This document shows positions 52,291-64,000 of a stretch of 64,000 nucleotides of DNA, piece after piece (position 1 is the first letter of the stretch; every line of letters begins with the position of its first letter). The notes beneath the pieces were generated by a model. That model was given only the letters and a program-made list of their open reading frames with translations. It did not search any database and was not told where the DNA came from. Position numbers and translations under genes: made by a program. Source of the DNA: Camelus dromedarius (taxonomy: Eukaryota); contig NC_087436.1 of assembly GCF_036321535.1 (NCBI RefSeq), positions 39,496,001 through 39,560,000 of the forward strand. Direction: 5' to 3'.

Positions 52291-55200
52291 TTACATATTT
52301 ATTAATGCAAACTGACAGTGTATCTGGAGATAGATTCTTTTTATAATAGTGTCTGAGACAACTTAAAAAGCTGATTTTAAGGTTTCAGTTTTTTAAAGGA
52401 AGTACTTTCTGTTATACTATTCATTAGTAAAAATTCACAATATTGTTTTTCTCTAGTTCTAACGTCTTGTGCCAATATGAAGAGCCTAATAGATTGGCAC
52501 TGTAGGCTTCAGAGGACTCCTGCCTCACTTGCTGAGTGACTTTGAGCTTAGGTTTTCTGTGCCCTGGTTTTGGAAAAGGAGCAAATAATTCCTATTACAT
52601 AGTGTTATGAAGCAATACATATGAAATAGTTAGAACTTATAAATGTATACTGATTTTGAATTGCTATAATCACTTTTAAAAACAAATTTGTAAGAAATTG
52701 GAATAAAAATTATTTTTTTTATTGCTTAGCATTTCTAGTTGCTGTTTCACAGGTTGTCTAGAGACCCAACAGATTTTCGCTACAATGGGTACTGCTTTTG
52801 CTATTAAAAAAAGTTTTAATTGGGCACAATTTTACTCAAACTCATCTGAAATGGGAAAGAATTCCCATTGATTAGAATATTAATTTGGTTGCCAGGGGAA
52901 GTGATACTAGAAACAAGTGAAGCAGCTTCAGTTCTTTATGATTTAGTTAAGCCCCATCCACAGAACAAAACAAAATAAAGACACAATCTTCATTCAGCTC
53001 CTGGCCTTAAAATCCTTACTGTTCATTTATTAGTTTTCATAGTAAATTATTATTAAAAATTCATATAACTCAGTCTGGTTTCATTCATGCTAATAAAGAG
53101 GTTAAATCACTGAGAAATAAAGATGTCTGGTTCAGGTATTTAGCTAACTAGTATTTGTAATTGTGAAGTGGTCATTGATGACTAGATATAATTGTGAATG
53201 GATATATTCATGGGAAAAATAAAAGTTTATAGTTTTCATTTTAGTTTATACAAATTAGCGAAATTCTATGCTGAGCATTATTTTTCCTATTTTTTTCTTA
53301 AATGATTAGACCGTTTTGAAACACTTGATGATACATAACATGCAAGCTAAAGTAATGTCAGTTTATCAATTCTATTTATAATTTAGAGATTAAGGTTATA
53401 TTGAACAAGAATTATAAAATGTAAATTTACGTAATTGAATGAGAAAGTTCCCATTTATATATTTTAAAGCTTATACTGCTTATTTCAGATCACAACCACA
53501 CTCAAGAAAATCAGATTTTTTTTACATCTTCAATATGTCCTCTAAAATCCTTGATGACGGCACTAAGTGATTTTAAGATATTTTAGACTACCCATGACTG
53601 TATGAACACTTTCTGTAGTGATTGTGAAAAGGAATAAATAACACTCTTAACAATGGAAATTTATTGCTGTTTTTCTTGAAAATACTTCTGAAACTGGATT
53701 TCTTTTTTAGTATTAAAGATAATAAGTTTATAGATTTCTTAAATTGGAGTACTCTTTTATGCCAAGATTGCATGGCAAACCTTTGCACAGACCTAGTTTC
53801 ATTCATTTATTCTACTGTGTGCAAAGAACTGGATTTATGTGGTTAGTTGAGAATTCATATCTGTTTGGAGTTCAGTATATTCTTAGAGGACTTTAATTTT
53901 TTAAAGCAGCAAAGAGGTAGTTTTCATCACTAGTAGGAAAAATATGAAGCAACAAATGTCATTCCTGAGAACATACATTTAATGCACCCAGTCATCTCCA
54001 ACACGTCCGACGTACCACAGAAACAATTTACCTGTACAGTTACTTCAGTGAGAGTAACTAAATTTTAAGGGCAGGATTCAGAGTAACTGCAAAGGGCATG
54101 GGTGAAGGAGGATTTAGACCTAAGTCAATGACAGGAAATTCCAAATATTCTACAACAGGTACACTGCTGGTTTTTACAAGGTGTGTCAGGCCAACGGATT
54201 GACAGGAAAGCATAAAAAGAAACTGAATGGCAGTACATTATCTCTATCAGCAGGGTGAGTGACTGGGCAGCCCTGTGGGACCAGATACTGTGGTTTCAGA
54301 GACTACACACATCTTATCTTGCTGCTTCACCCACTGAGCCCCCAACCAGGCTAGACAATCACATAAGGGGTAATTTTAGCCAGGTATATCCCAGGTGCAA
54401 AGTGACCCACGGTTCTTTGTATATAGTATGTTGCTTTGATACTAATTTCTCTTAAGTTTACACTCCCTTAACTTGGCAGTGGCAGTGAATAAAAAGCTTG
54501 CCGCTGAGATGGATGCGAAGGGGACAAATCCACAGCATGCAGGTCAAGGACCATTCCGTAAGAAAAAGAGATTATGTCTTTTTGGAATACTCCACTCCTT
54601 CTTCCTGAAATACAGTGCTTTGCTAGATACTCTATAAAAAAAAGACCACCCAAAGATAAGCTAACTTGAAATAGAAAACTGTTTAGAAAATAAAAGCTTT
54701 CTTTTCTAAGAGATCCTTAAAAAGATACAAAGCAGAAAGTGGACTTGAATTGCGAATTGAAGCAAAAATCACTCGGCTTTCTTTAAGGTCAAGCTGAAAG
54801 TTAAATACCTGAGGCTGGTGTCTGTGTTAGTACTTCAACTAAGCTCTACAAAGCTCTGATAGTACTCACACGACAGAAAACACAGAGGTCAGACGGTTAA
54901 TAGTAACAACAAAGTAAATGACTCTTAGGAGGGAAGCTCAAAACTCAAGTACCAACTATTCCTTTGTTCTTGAAATCAAAATGTCTCTCTTACGTCTCTA
55001 CATATGATTTGTGCAAGATGTACACAGTATTTGATGTTTTTCTGCCAATCTTTTACTGTAAGGGGTGGTGAAAGGAATCCTGCCTCTCACTTTCTAAACT
55101 GCTGTAGCATAAAGAGTGCGATGAAAAGAGGATATCAGTTGACCTATAGAACTGCATTTTATACTGTGAAACACAATGGATGAATTCCACAATAGAGTCT

Positions 55201-56121
55201 TACCTGGTTTCTTTAAAGCTCAGTCTATCACTCTAAAATTAAATATATATATATTATAGTGAGAGCCAGGCCCACGGCTCATCCAACTCAGGATCTAACA
55301 GTTAACTTGTTCCAGTTGCATATGAAATAGGAACAAAGGCACCCTCGTAACTGATTGGCAACCATTATAAATGGACAAAGCAAGGTGGAGGTCTGATGTA
55401 AAATGCCAGATCAAGTCCAGAGTGAGGATTAAGGTGAGGTAAGAGAGGCATCCACTCTCAGGCATCTGTAGAGTCCTGACAGGGAGTGCCTGCTTAAATC
55501 CTAGTGCCTCTCTTGCCTCACCCTGGTCCCCACCCAGATGAGAGTTGATTACCTAGGAAATTTAGATGGAACCAGTGAAAGAAAACCAAACAGGAGCTGA
55601 AGCTGCTGAGGCCTGACAAGGTCAGACCTACAGTGGGAAAAGACAAGGAAACAATGCAAGAATGTGTAAGAGTAATCATAGCACATTTGTGTCTGCCTAT
55701 TCAGTCATCTATTGGGCTATTTCTTGCTGTATGACATTGTTTTTGAAAATTACACATAAGAGAGAGGAGTTCATAAATCACCCTTTTATACTTCCAAGAC
55801 GTCCCAGTATTGTCTTTTAAATAGACTCAGACTTATTTTAAGTAGCCTCTTATAAGATTAGTTGTAGTCTTAAGAGTTACAACAGTTTTGTTCCTCTACT
55901 TTCCTTCCAGGGGAAATCTTTCATAGTTAGAAATCAATAGAGGATTTTGGACATTTCTTTGCCACACTGTTGAAATGTTCTTTCCCAAGTGGTTAAGGTC
56001 AACTGGAAAATAATCAGGAGGTAAGGAACAGGTAACTCAACAGTTGCATCACCAAACTACAGTTTCTTGAAAATCAGGTCTTTGCTGAAACTTCAATAAA
56101 TTAATTAGAATATAAACTTAC

Positions 56122-56231
56122 GTTAAAGCTTCTGAGTAATTATAATGAGGAGAAACGCCTAGAAACTTCTGGACTTCATCCATCACAGTAGCAGGATCTG
56201 TTCTTAGCTGTTGTCCATCGATAATTAGCAA
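56122..56231 (-). CDS. NDST3: NDST3 exon ([36 protein letters not shown])
   Basis: Acceptor gtaatttag| and donor ac|gtaagt. 110 bp, phase consistent with neighbours. Confidence 0.95.
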
Positions 56232-56909
56232 CTAAATTACCAAGGAAATAAAAAAAGACAATGCACATTGAAAAAAGACATGTCACCGTACAATAAAAAA
56301 AATTCTGCACTCTGAATTTATTCAACGAGAGACACTGTACCAAGGGGATTTACATGCGTTGTTGTTAAGACATAACCAGGCCATCCTCATTAATGACCTG
56401 GAATAAAAAATAAATCACACTAATGAAATGCACTCATGTTTTGTAGTCTGAGGAGTCCTGCAAACACAATGAAAACAAAAAAGCCATTTGAAGGTACCAA
56501 GAGAACTTAAGAATTGGGACTACAAAATCACAAGCGGAAACCAAGTTTAAAAAGAGACAAAAAAAAGATTCAAGTCGGGAAGGAGCATTGTAGGAAACGA
56601 GAGGTTATAAGACCAGGTACAGTGAGACTGAGGACTGTCACTTTCTGTGATTCCATTCAAAGGAGAAGCACTGTAAAGTTTTTAGAAAGCTTTGAAAATC
56701 CATTTGGAGTAAAAGATAAGACTCTCAGAGAACCTGAAAGGGAACGTAAGTTCCTCAACAGACTTAAAGTAGGAATTTGCTTATTACTCTGATGAAGAAA
56801 GGGGATGAACTAAGCAAGATAAAATGCCAGGAGCCTGGATGGAGGACCATAAAGCTTGGAAGGCAATTCTTGCTTATACCTCTTCTCCAATATTTCTATT
56901 TAGTTTATA

Positions 56910-57101
56910 CCAACATCGTTCAATAGAATTTTCTGCGATGATGGACATGTTCTCCAGCTGTGGTGACTAACAGGTCACTACTGAGCATTTGAAATAGGGC
57001 TAATGTGATTGAGGAACTTAATTTTTAATTTTATATAATTTTAATAAAAATTTAAATAGCCATATATGGTTGCATATATGGTATCACTTTGGATAGCATG
57101 G
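56910..57101. mobile_element. MER3-like hAT MITE
   Basis: gttcaatagaattttctgcgatgatggacatgttct…ctactgagcatttgaaat…ttggatagcatg. Confidence 0.7.
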
Positions 57102-57610
57102 CTCTAGACACTTAGGCATACCCCATGACTGATGTGACTGGACTGCTTTATGCAATCCAATGTAGGGGCTAATTTTGTAATCTAGGCAAAAGAGGGAAGC
57201 AGGGAAGCCAAAAAAAACAGAGGACTTATGAAAAATTCAGCAATGTGGTTCAAAGGGAAATAATGGCACTTAATTAAGCAAAACAGTGTTTGCCTTGTTA
57301 AGAGATTCTCAAGCTTTATTCTCAGAATAAGAATCAGGAGTATCACGCTTCTGAATCTCTTTACAATCAGGAAAGGTATGCACTAGAAAATAGGACAGGG
57401 AGAATTATCCTGAAATACTTCTAGAGAGAAAATTAGATAGTTTTTTATTTTTTTTTTTAACCTCTGCCGATATTCTTTGCCAGGGTCTCATTTACAACTA
57501 AAGAGTAAAAGCTAGTAATGTTTTATTGAGTAAAAATTTCCTCTCTCCTAGAGGCAAAGTCATCAACTTAATGAGATTGTAACATGATGTAAATTCTTAT
57601 TGCTCAATAC

Positions 57611-57781
57611 CTGAAAGGGAGGGAAATAAACAAGCCATCTCTCGATGTGGCTGGCATACCACCCTGGGACCAAGCATCTCTTCTGCAAGGCTCTAAGCTC
57701 GGAGGGTGCACGGGGCCCGGCTGAGATCACTTCGTAGAAGCTGAACTTCAGAGCTGCGGGGTCTTCATGTGATCGCTGATG
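57611..57781 (-). CDS. NDST3: NDST3 exon ([57 protein letters not shown])
   Basis: Acceptor ttttcatcatag| and donor cag|gtattg. 57 open codons, phase 0/0. Confidence 0.96.
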
Positions 57782-59050
57782 CTATGATGAAAAGGTGGAT
57801 AATGAAACTAACTTGAACCCTAGGTATAAATAATTAAAAACCAATCTCTGTGACAAGTCACAAAGCTAAAGGAAGGAGTGCCTCTCTGCTGGAGAGTTAC
57901 TTGTTTTGCAATTAATAAAGGATGGAAATGTTTGCTTGGAGCATCAGGACTTAAAGTTATGACGCTGATGAGAATGTATTTTTGAGAACTATTTGGTTGA
58001 GGTGGAATTCCTGATAAGGATTCCTTCACCAATTTTACGGAGTCATTTCCTTCGTGTATATATTTTATTCTGCAAGTAAACTTTTGAAAGTTGCATTAAT
58101 GCCCTCTTTTCGGCCCATAAGAAATCATTTGTTATGTCCAGTGAATATCCTTAATGCACAGAGCACTCTACCAGTTCTGCCAGACAGTTTTGCTCCATCT
58201 GGTAATGCAGTTTTAGATTAGAAAAGCCCTATCAGCCATATAAATGGAGAAACTACTGAAAACTCTGACATGTTCATTATCTGAAATCCACAGCTTTTAT
58301 CAGGTACTACCTAGCATCTAAAAGCCAAGGTTATTTTACCTAATGGTAACCTTTGCGATGAATCAGAATCACTTATTGTACAGAAAATGCAGAAAGCAGC
58401 AATCCAAATAGGAAAGTGTTTCATAATAGCTCAGGCTAAGGCCCAGGGGTTTGAGGAAATCACCTTTTCCCTAAATTGACCAATAAATATTCAGGCTTAG
58501 TGGTGGGTTTGTGGATGTTTTTACCACATTGAGTTGAATAGCAAATTTGCCGCAATTGAGATTCAAATTACTATACTACAAACTCTACTAGACTTTGTTA
58601 AGGCCTGCGTTTTGCCACTGTGGAGTGATTTATTTGTAATATTTAGGACATTTTGTTAGCTTGCAGCCCTGAAATTCCTTTTTCAGCAAATTCTCAATTT
58701 TTCAAGGCTAAGTGGTTGCCACACTCCAATTTTCTTCTTTCTCTTTGAGTCAATTAGGGCTTATTTCTCTTTTCTCCAGATACCCAGTGGAAAAGGTAAA
58801 AGGTGCAAGATCAAATCAGTCAGTTTGCAATTTGCTGTATTTTTGACTTGATGGCTCCAGGAGTTTGGCATGACTGATTAGTGTGGAATTGTGATTTTGG
58901 CTTTCCGGGATGTCTCATTCCCTGTTATGCAGAGTATTATCAACATGCCTATCTAAGATCCCATTTGCTTTATATGACCTTTTCCCACTCTGTCCCAGCC
59001 ACAAAACCTTTCCTGACAATCTTCTTTCTTTTGTGAACCTGGGGAAACTG

Positions 59051-59365
59051 TTTTTTTCTTTTTTAAACATTTTTTTTTTAAGTATAATCAGTTTACAATA
59101 TGGTGTGAATTTCTGGTGTATAGCATAATGTTTCAGTCACGCATATACATACATATATTCCTTTTCATATTCTTTTTTATTATAGGTTACTACCAGATAT
59201 TGACTATAGACATTGTATGTGCTATACAGAAAAAGCTCATTGTTTATCTATTTTATATGTAGTAGTTGGTATCTGCAAATCCCAAATTCCCAGTTTATGC
59301 CTTCCCATCCCCTTTCTTCCCTGGTAACCATGAGTTTGTTCTGTATGTCTGTGAGTCTGTTTCTG
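59051..59365 (-). mobile_element. L1 3'-end fragment
   Basis: T-tail then taagtataatcagtttacaat…ggtaaccatgagtttgttctgtatgtctgtgagtctgtttctgt. Confidence 0.85.
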
Positions 59366-60409
59366 TGGAAAAACTGCTTTTGTTAAATAACAAAAGGACC
59401 CCATGCTGAGAAACTTTATTCTCTAATATCGACTGTCAGGGATGGAGATGTTTGAAATCAGTGAGGATGGAACCTCCTGCTCTTGCCTGGAGGATCAGAG
59501 CTCTGTGGGTCACTTTGATACAGAGAAGCAGCCTTTTTTGCAACCCCTGTGCAGTTTCAGATAAGAGATTTTTGGACATAACATTCCGCATTTATCTTAA
59601 CTTTATAGTTTCCAAGGAAATAGGACCCTTCGTCTGCTTTTCAGCCCTGACCTCCCTATAACCCCTTGGACACACAGCCCTGCTTGCGCTATCAAATATT
59701 CCAATTTAATTTTACCTAAATTTTCCCCCTTACAAATCCTTCCCTTTTTTAAGGAAATGCCCAATAGTTCTAGTGTTCAGGCTCCTCTGCTGCAGCCTGT
59801 TAATATACCTAACTTGTGTCCCTGGTGGTCTTTATTGGGTGGGCTTTATCACTCTGTAGAAGTCTGTCACTTAATACTTTCTGATTTATACACTGGTTAT
59901 TTTTACATATTTCTCCAATTAGACTGAAGGCAATCTTGAGCACCGCATCCATATTTATTAATTTACCTTCAAATCACACTTAGAACAATACTTTGCACAA
60001 GGAGGTCATTAAAATAATTGAATGAATGGATGAACACATGGACATTAGGAAGGTGGTTTTTAAATTACAAAACACGAATGATAATTAAGGATCCTAAAGA
60101 CTAAAGACACTGACTGTTAATTTTGTTATGTTCTTATATTTAATTCTGACTGCTTTTTATTGAACTTTTTCCATTTGATGATTAATAAAATATCACTAGG
60201 ACAGTTTTTTCATGTTATTTTTAATGATTTATTAAAATAAAAATGTATTTAATGTACAAGTATTATGATTAGAGTCTGTTAAATTATTTCAAAGTGATTG
60301 TTTCTGTGCTAGGTTCTGACCAACATCAGAAATATAACAGCAATGAGTATATAAGAAAGAGGCTTAGAACAGGGGACAATGGGTGGGCTTTCAGTATGAC
60401 AAGTTCATA

Positions 60410-60851
60410 TATATATTTATTTTTTGTATCTATTCTTTTTCAGATTCTTTTCCATTATAGCTGTTACAAGATATTAAATATAGTTCCCTGTGCTATACAG
60501 TAAATCCTTATTGTTTATCTATTTTATATATGGTGGTGTGTATCTGTTAATCTTACATGCCTAATTTATCCCTCCCCCTTGTTTCCCTTTTGGTAACCAT
60601 AAGTTTGTTTTTTATGTCTGTGAGTCTGTATCTGTTCTGTAAATAAGTTCATTTGTGTCATTGTTTCAGATTCCACATATAAGTGATTATCATATGATAT
60701 TTGTCTTTCTCCATCCAGTTTACTTCATTTAGTATGATAATGTCTAGGTCCATCCATGTTGTTGTAAATGGCATTATTTCATTCTTTTTTACAGCTGAAT
60801 AATATTCCATTGTGTGTGTTTGAGTGCATGCACACACACCACATCTTCTTT
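60410..60851 (-). mobile_element. L1 3' fragment
   Basis: gttccctgtgctatacagtaaatcc…agattccacatataagtga…ctaggtccatccatgttgttgtaaatggcattatttcattc. Confidence 0.85.
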
Positions 60852-60936
60852 CAGAGAATTCCTATATTTTCTTATATTTAGTTTTGCTATTAAGTTATTT
60901 CTTGAGTACAAGCAGTTATTTAAGTTCTTTTAGACT

Positions 60937-61145
60937 CAAGGTCATCAATCTATGGCCCATGGGCTAAATTTGGCTTGCTGTTTGTTTTCATAAATAAAGT
61001 TTCATTGGAAGACAGCTAAAGTCATTCATTTAAGTATTTTCTATGGCTGCTTTTGCAATAAAATGGCAGAGTTGAAACCACATGGCCTGTGAAACCTGAA
61101 ATATTTACTCTCTGGTCCTTTTCAGAAAAAAACCTGTGACTTCTG
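60937..61145. mobile_element. MER58A-like hAT MITE
   Basis: ctatggcccatgggctaaatttggcttgctg…taaataaagtttcattggaa…aatatttactctctggtccttt. Confidence 0.75.
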
Positions 61146-61525
61146 CTTTGGGGAATCAGTTATATTCCTCATCTGTCAACTGAGATGATAAAAGCAGCAT
61201 TATACACATATTAGATGAAAATAATAATTTTAGGTTACATTTTACTTTTCAAATGCAGATGTACAGAAGCACAGATATGTGTACAAGTATATAATATTTT
61301 GTTTGCTCTATTTTAATTTCTTCATTGCATTTATTAAATGCAAAATTAATAAAAACTTAAGGAGTAAGTTTCACCACAGAAACAGAGAAAAAATTATTCA
61401 CGTTTCTGCAGATATAAACTAGCAAATCTTCTCTTTTATTAAATCCTAAGGTGGTGGCTACTGCTGAAAACCATCTTCTCCATACTCCGCTTCTACATGC
61501 TGTATTCTGTCTGTATTTTCCTTAC

Positions 61526-61700
61526 CTGGTACCAGGAATATGCTCGGTCTGATGGGTCAATGAGAATGGTGATGATCTTGGCTTTGGGGACCAGAGAAGC
61601 TGCTCTTTTAGGAGCTTCCTCTGAGTGGAAGTAATTGGCACTCTTCTCGAACAGAAAGTCAGTAGTAACATTAGATGGGACAGGGAAGAAATCCATATAC
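61526..61700 (-). CDS. NDST3: NDST3 sulfotransferase-domain exon ([24 protein letters not shown]…[11 protein letters not shown])
   Basis: Minus-strand acceptor cttttctag| and donor cag|gtaagg. FEKSANYF and RAYSWY (3'-phosphate binding) motifs of NDST enzymes. 175 bp = 1 nt + 58 codons. Confidence 0.96.
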
Positions 61701-64000
61701 CTAGAAAAGGAATATTTCTCAAAATAAGACTCTGGTTTATATTCATACTCTGGTAACTGAAGATGTTAAAGGTGTCCCACAAACAAATTCATTTGTTTCC
61801 TAAACAAAAGCCTTTTTCTTTAAGGCATTTGTCCCACATAATTAGCAAGGAAAAAATATACAGGAACACTAACAATGTATTTTGAAAATGCTTTCCTAAA
61901 TACATTTTTTTTTCTGCTTAATATCAGGAAGAAAGGTATGAGAACGAAAATGTACATGTAGAATGATCAAACTGCAACAATAATCAGTCTAGCTGTATAA
62001 AATGGATCTAAATACAGAACTGTTTTACAGAGAAAAATATGAGTGCTCAACCAAAAAGAAAACTTGATCAAAACAAATAATATGTACAGTTCAAAGGCAT
62101 TTTAAAAGAACTTAGACAAAACATTTTTTTTAAATTCATCATAAGTAAAATAATTTCATTCCTACTAATGTATTATGCTACTGCTACATTCAACTATAAA
62201 GTACCAAAGTACAGACCAGATCTGGTATAAACACTGCCTATTTGGTTAATTTTTTCCGTGTATAGCCATTTATATCCTTTAGAATAATTATAAATTTTAA
62301 AAAGTATGTACATATTTCCAGATGAAAATCCTATCAAAATTTCCAAGGTCAGTTCCTGTATCCTTAACTGAGGTCAGAATTTAAATCACCAGCAGAGTGA
62401 ACACAGGAATACCTGTGGCCTCAAGCTCAGAAATGTAGGACATAATAGATTTTATATAATATTCTATTTGTGTAAAATGTCAAATATAAATGAATTCAGC
62501 ATATGATAATAGGTATTTCTGAAGCACCAAGGAAAATCTTTCAGAGGAAAAGGGGCCTTATTAGAGAGAACATGCAAATTTAACTTCGATATTCCTTACA
62601 TTTTATGATAATGGCCTCACCCTCCACCCACACCCTCTTCAATTCATAAGCCACTAAGATTTTGGGCTACGAAGATAAGGTAGTTCAATAATTACTGAAT
62701 GAGAGTCATTAACATATATGTGATGACTTCTTTTTGCAGTGTGCTGTTTTCTTTCAGTCACATAGTAAAGCTTCTAGTAGGATTCCAGTTGTCATATTAC
62801 AGAGTTTGACTGGTACAACAAAGTGATATCTTGAAACTCAGGGCAGTACAGAAATCCTTTTATGTTTTCTGGAAATTGCTTTATTGGTGATATGTCATTC
62901 TGGAGTCCTTTTCTTTTGGGGTAAAGACATGCACAAAAATTTTTGCAAAGTTTGATCTGCTGTCTGTTCTGGTGTATATTCTATTTGTAGAAAGTGCCAA
63001 ATATCAGGATACTTTTTAGATGCCCACACTGGTTCCAGGGGTGCTAAGGTCATACCAAATGTCTGGTGGTATCTTATTTGGTACAGGCTTGTCTCAATCT
63101 TGCTTATTCTGAGAAAGGCTCCAAAAATCACAAAAGAAGGGCAGAAGGTACTGAATTCAGTTAACTTTTAATTTTAAAAAACTGTTCCCAGTAGTCCTCA
63201 ATATCTACAATACTTTAGGCCTTGAAAACATCATGCATTTCTGGATCTTGGACCTATAATGTATTGGTTTTCCCCTGGGCCAGAGGCTCACAGAGAAAGC
63301 AGGGTCCAGTTCTTGTCTGCTTGTGTGCTCATGTTTTTCTAGTATAGTGGCTGGTACTTATAGACTCTTGAAAAATGTCTGATGAATAAATAAGAAAATA
63401 AAAAGAGTTCAGCTTCCTATCTTCAGGGCGGAAATGGGTCCACATTTGGAGAATATGAATTCAGGTTGCTCAAAGAACTGGTGAGCAAACCAGAGTGGTT
63501 TAAAATTTTGGGTGTCAAAACTAAATGCCTGCCTCATTTGCTACTCCCATAGTACCTCAGCATTTTTTTTTTTAACTGAAAGATGTGATTTTTGTAACAT
63601 TCCACACTTATTTATTTCTTAGGTTGACCCTGTATTTCCAAGTGATTTTACTCAAAGCCGGATTAAGATGTTTAGAGGTCCTAAATGTTAACAGGATTTG
63701 ATGGCTCTCTATATATCCCTCCAACCTGCCACTGCATCCCCATGTAATTATAAAAAATAATACCAAACTGTAAAAGTAGAAAATTTAACTGTTCGCATCA
63801 AACAAACATTTTCTTAGGAATCCTGATCACAAATCTTAGCTATTTTATCTAAGATGGAGTTTTCTCATTTTCATTTGCCCTGCTTTGCTTGTGCCCTAAC
63901 CCTGTGTTTAAGCTGCCTGTTAGTTAAGGCAGCCCTGATTCTACCCCATTCTCCAAGAACAGATCCTTGTCTCCAGATTAACTGTGCCTAGGCTAATTCT

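Noticed and set aside
62895..63131. 78-aa minus-strand ORF as a further NDST3 exon
   Set aside because: No similarity to the expected upstream NDST sequence (TGTTALY…HRGIDW); that exon appears to lie beyond the window.

Overview
Mammalian genomic DNA, most likely camelid (two tRNA-derived SINEs resembling the camelid Vic-1 family), covering the conserved PRSS12-SNHG8-NDST3 locus. It holds the last five coding exons and 3'UTR of PRSS12 (neurotrypsin, + strand). Tail-to-tail with it lies the compact 5'TOP snoRNA host gene SNHG8 carrying H/ACA snoRNA SNORA24 (- strand), with a CpG-island promoter. The last five coding exons and 3'UTR of NDST3 (heparan sulfate N-deacetylase/N-sulfotransferase 3) are on the - strand. 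All ten coding exons have GT-AG boundaries and stay in frame. The rest is intronic or intergenic, rich in L1, L2, MIR, MaLR/MER21 LTR and hAT elements. I see no convincing new biological system. The most notable observations are a candidate L1-mediated 3' transduction with a 15-bp TSD just upstream of an NDST3 splice acceptor, a 5'-truncated RAC1 retrocopy made from a short-3'UTR isoform, a strong intergenic CTCF motif, and a TATA+TCT/BANP/NRF1 promoter. Gene and repeat names are recalled from memory, not from a search, and repeat boundaries are approximate.
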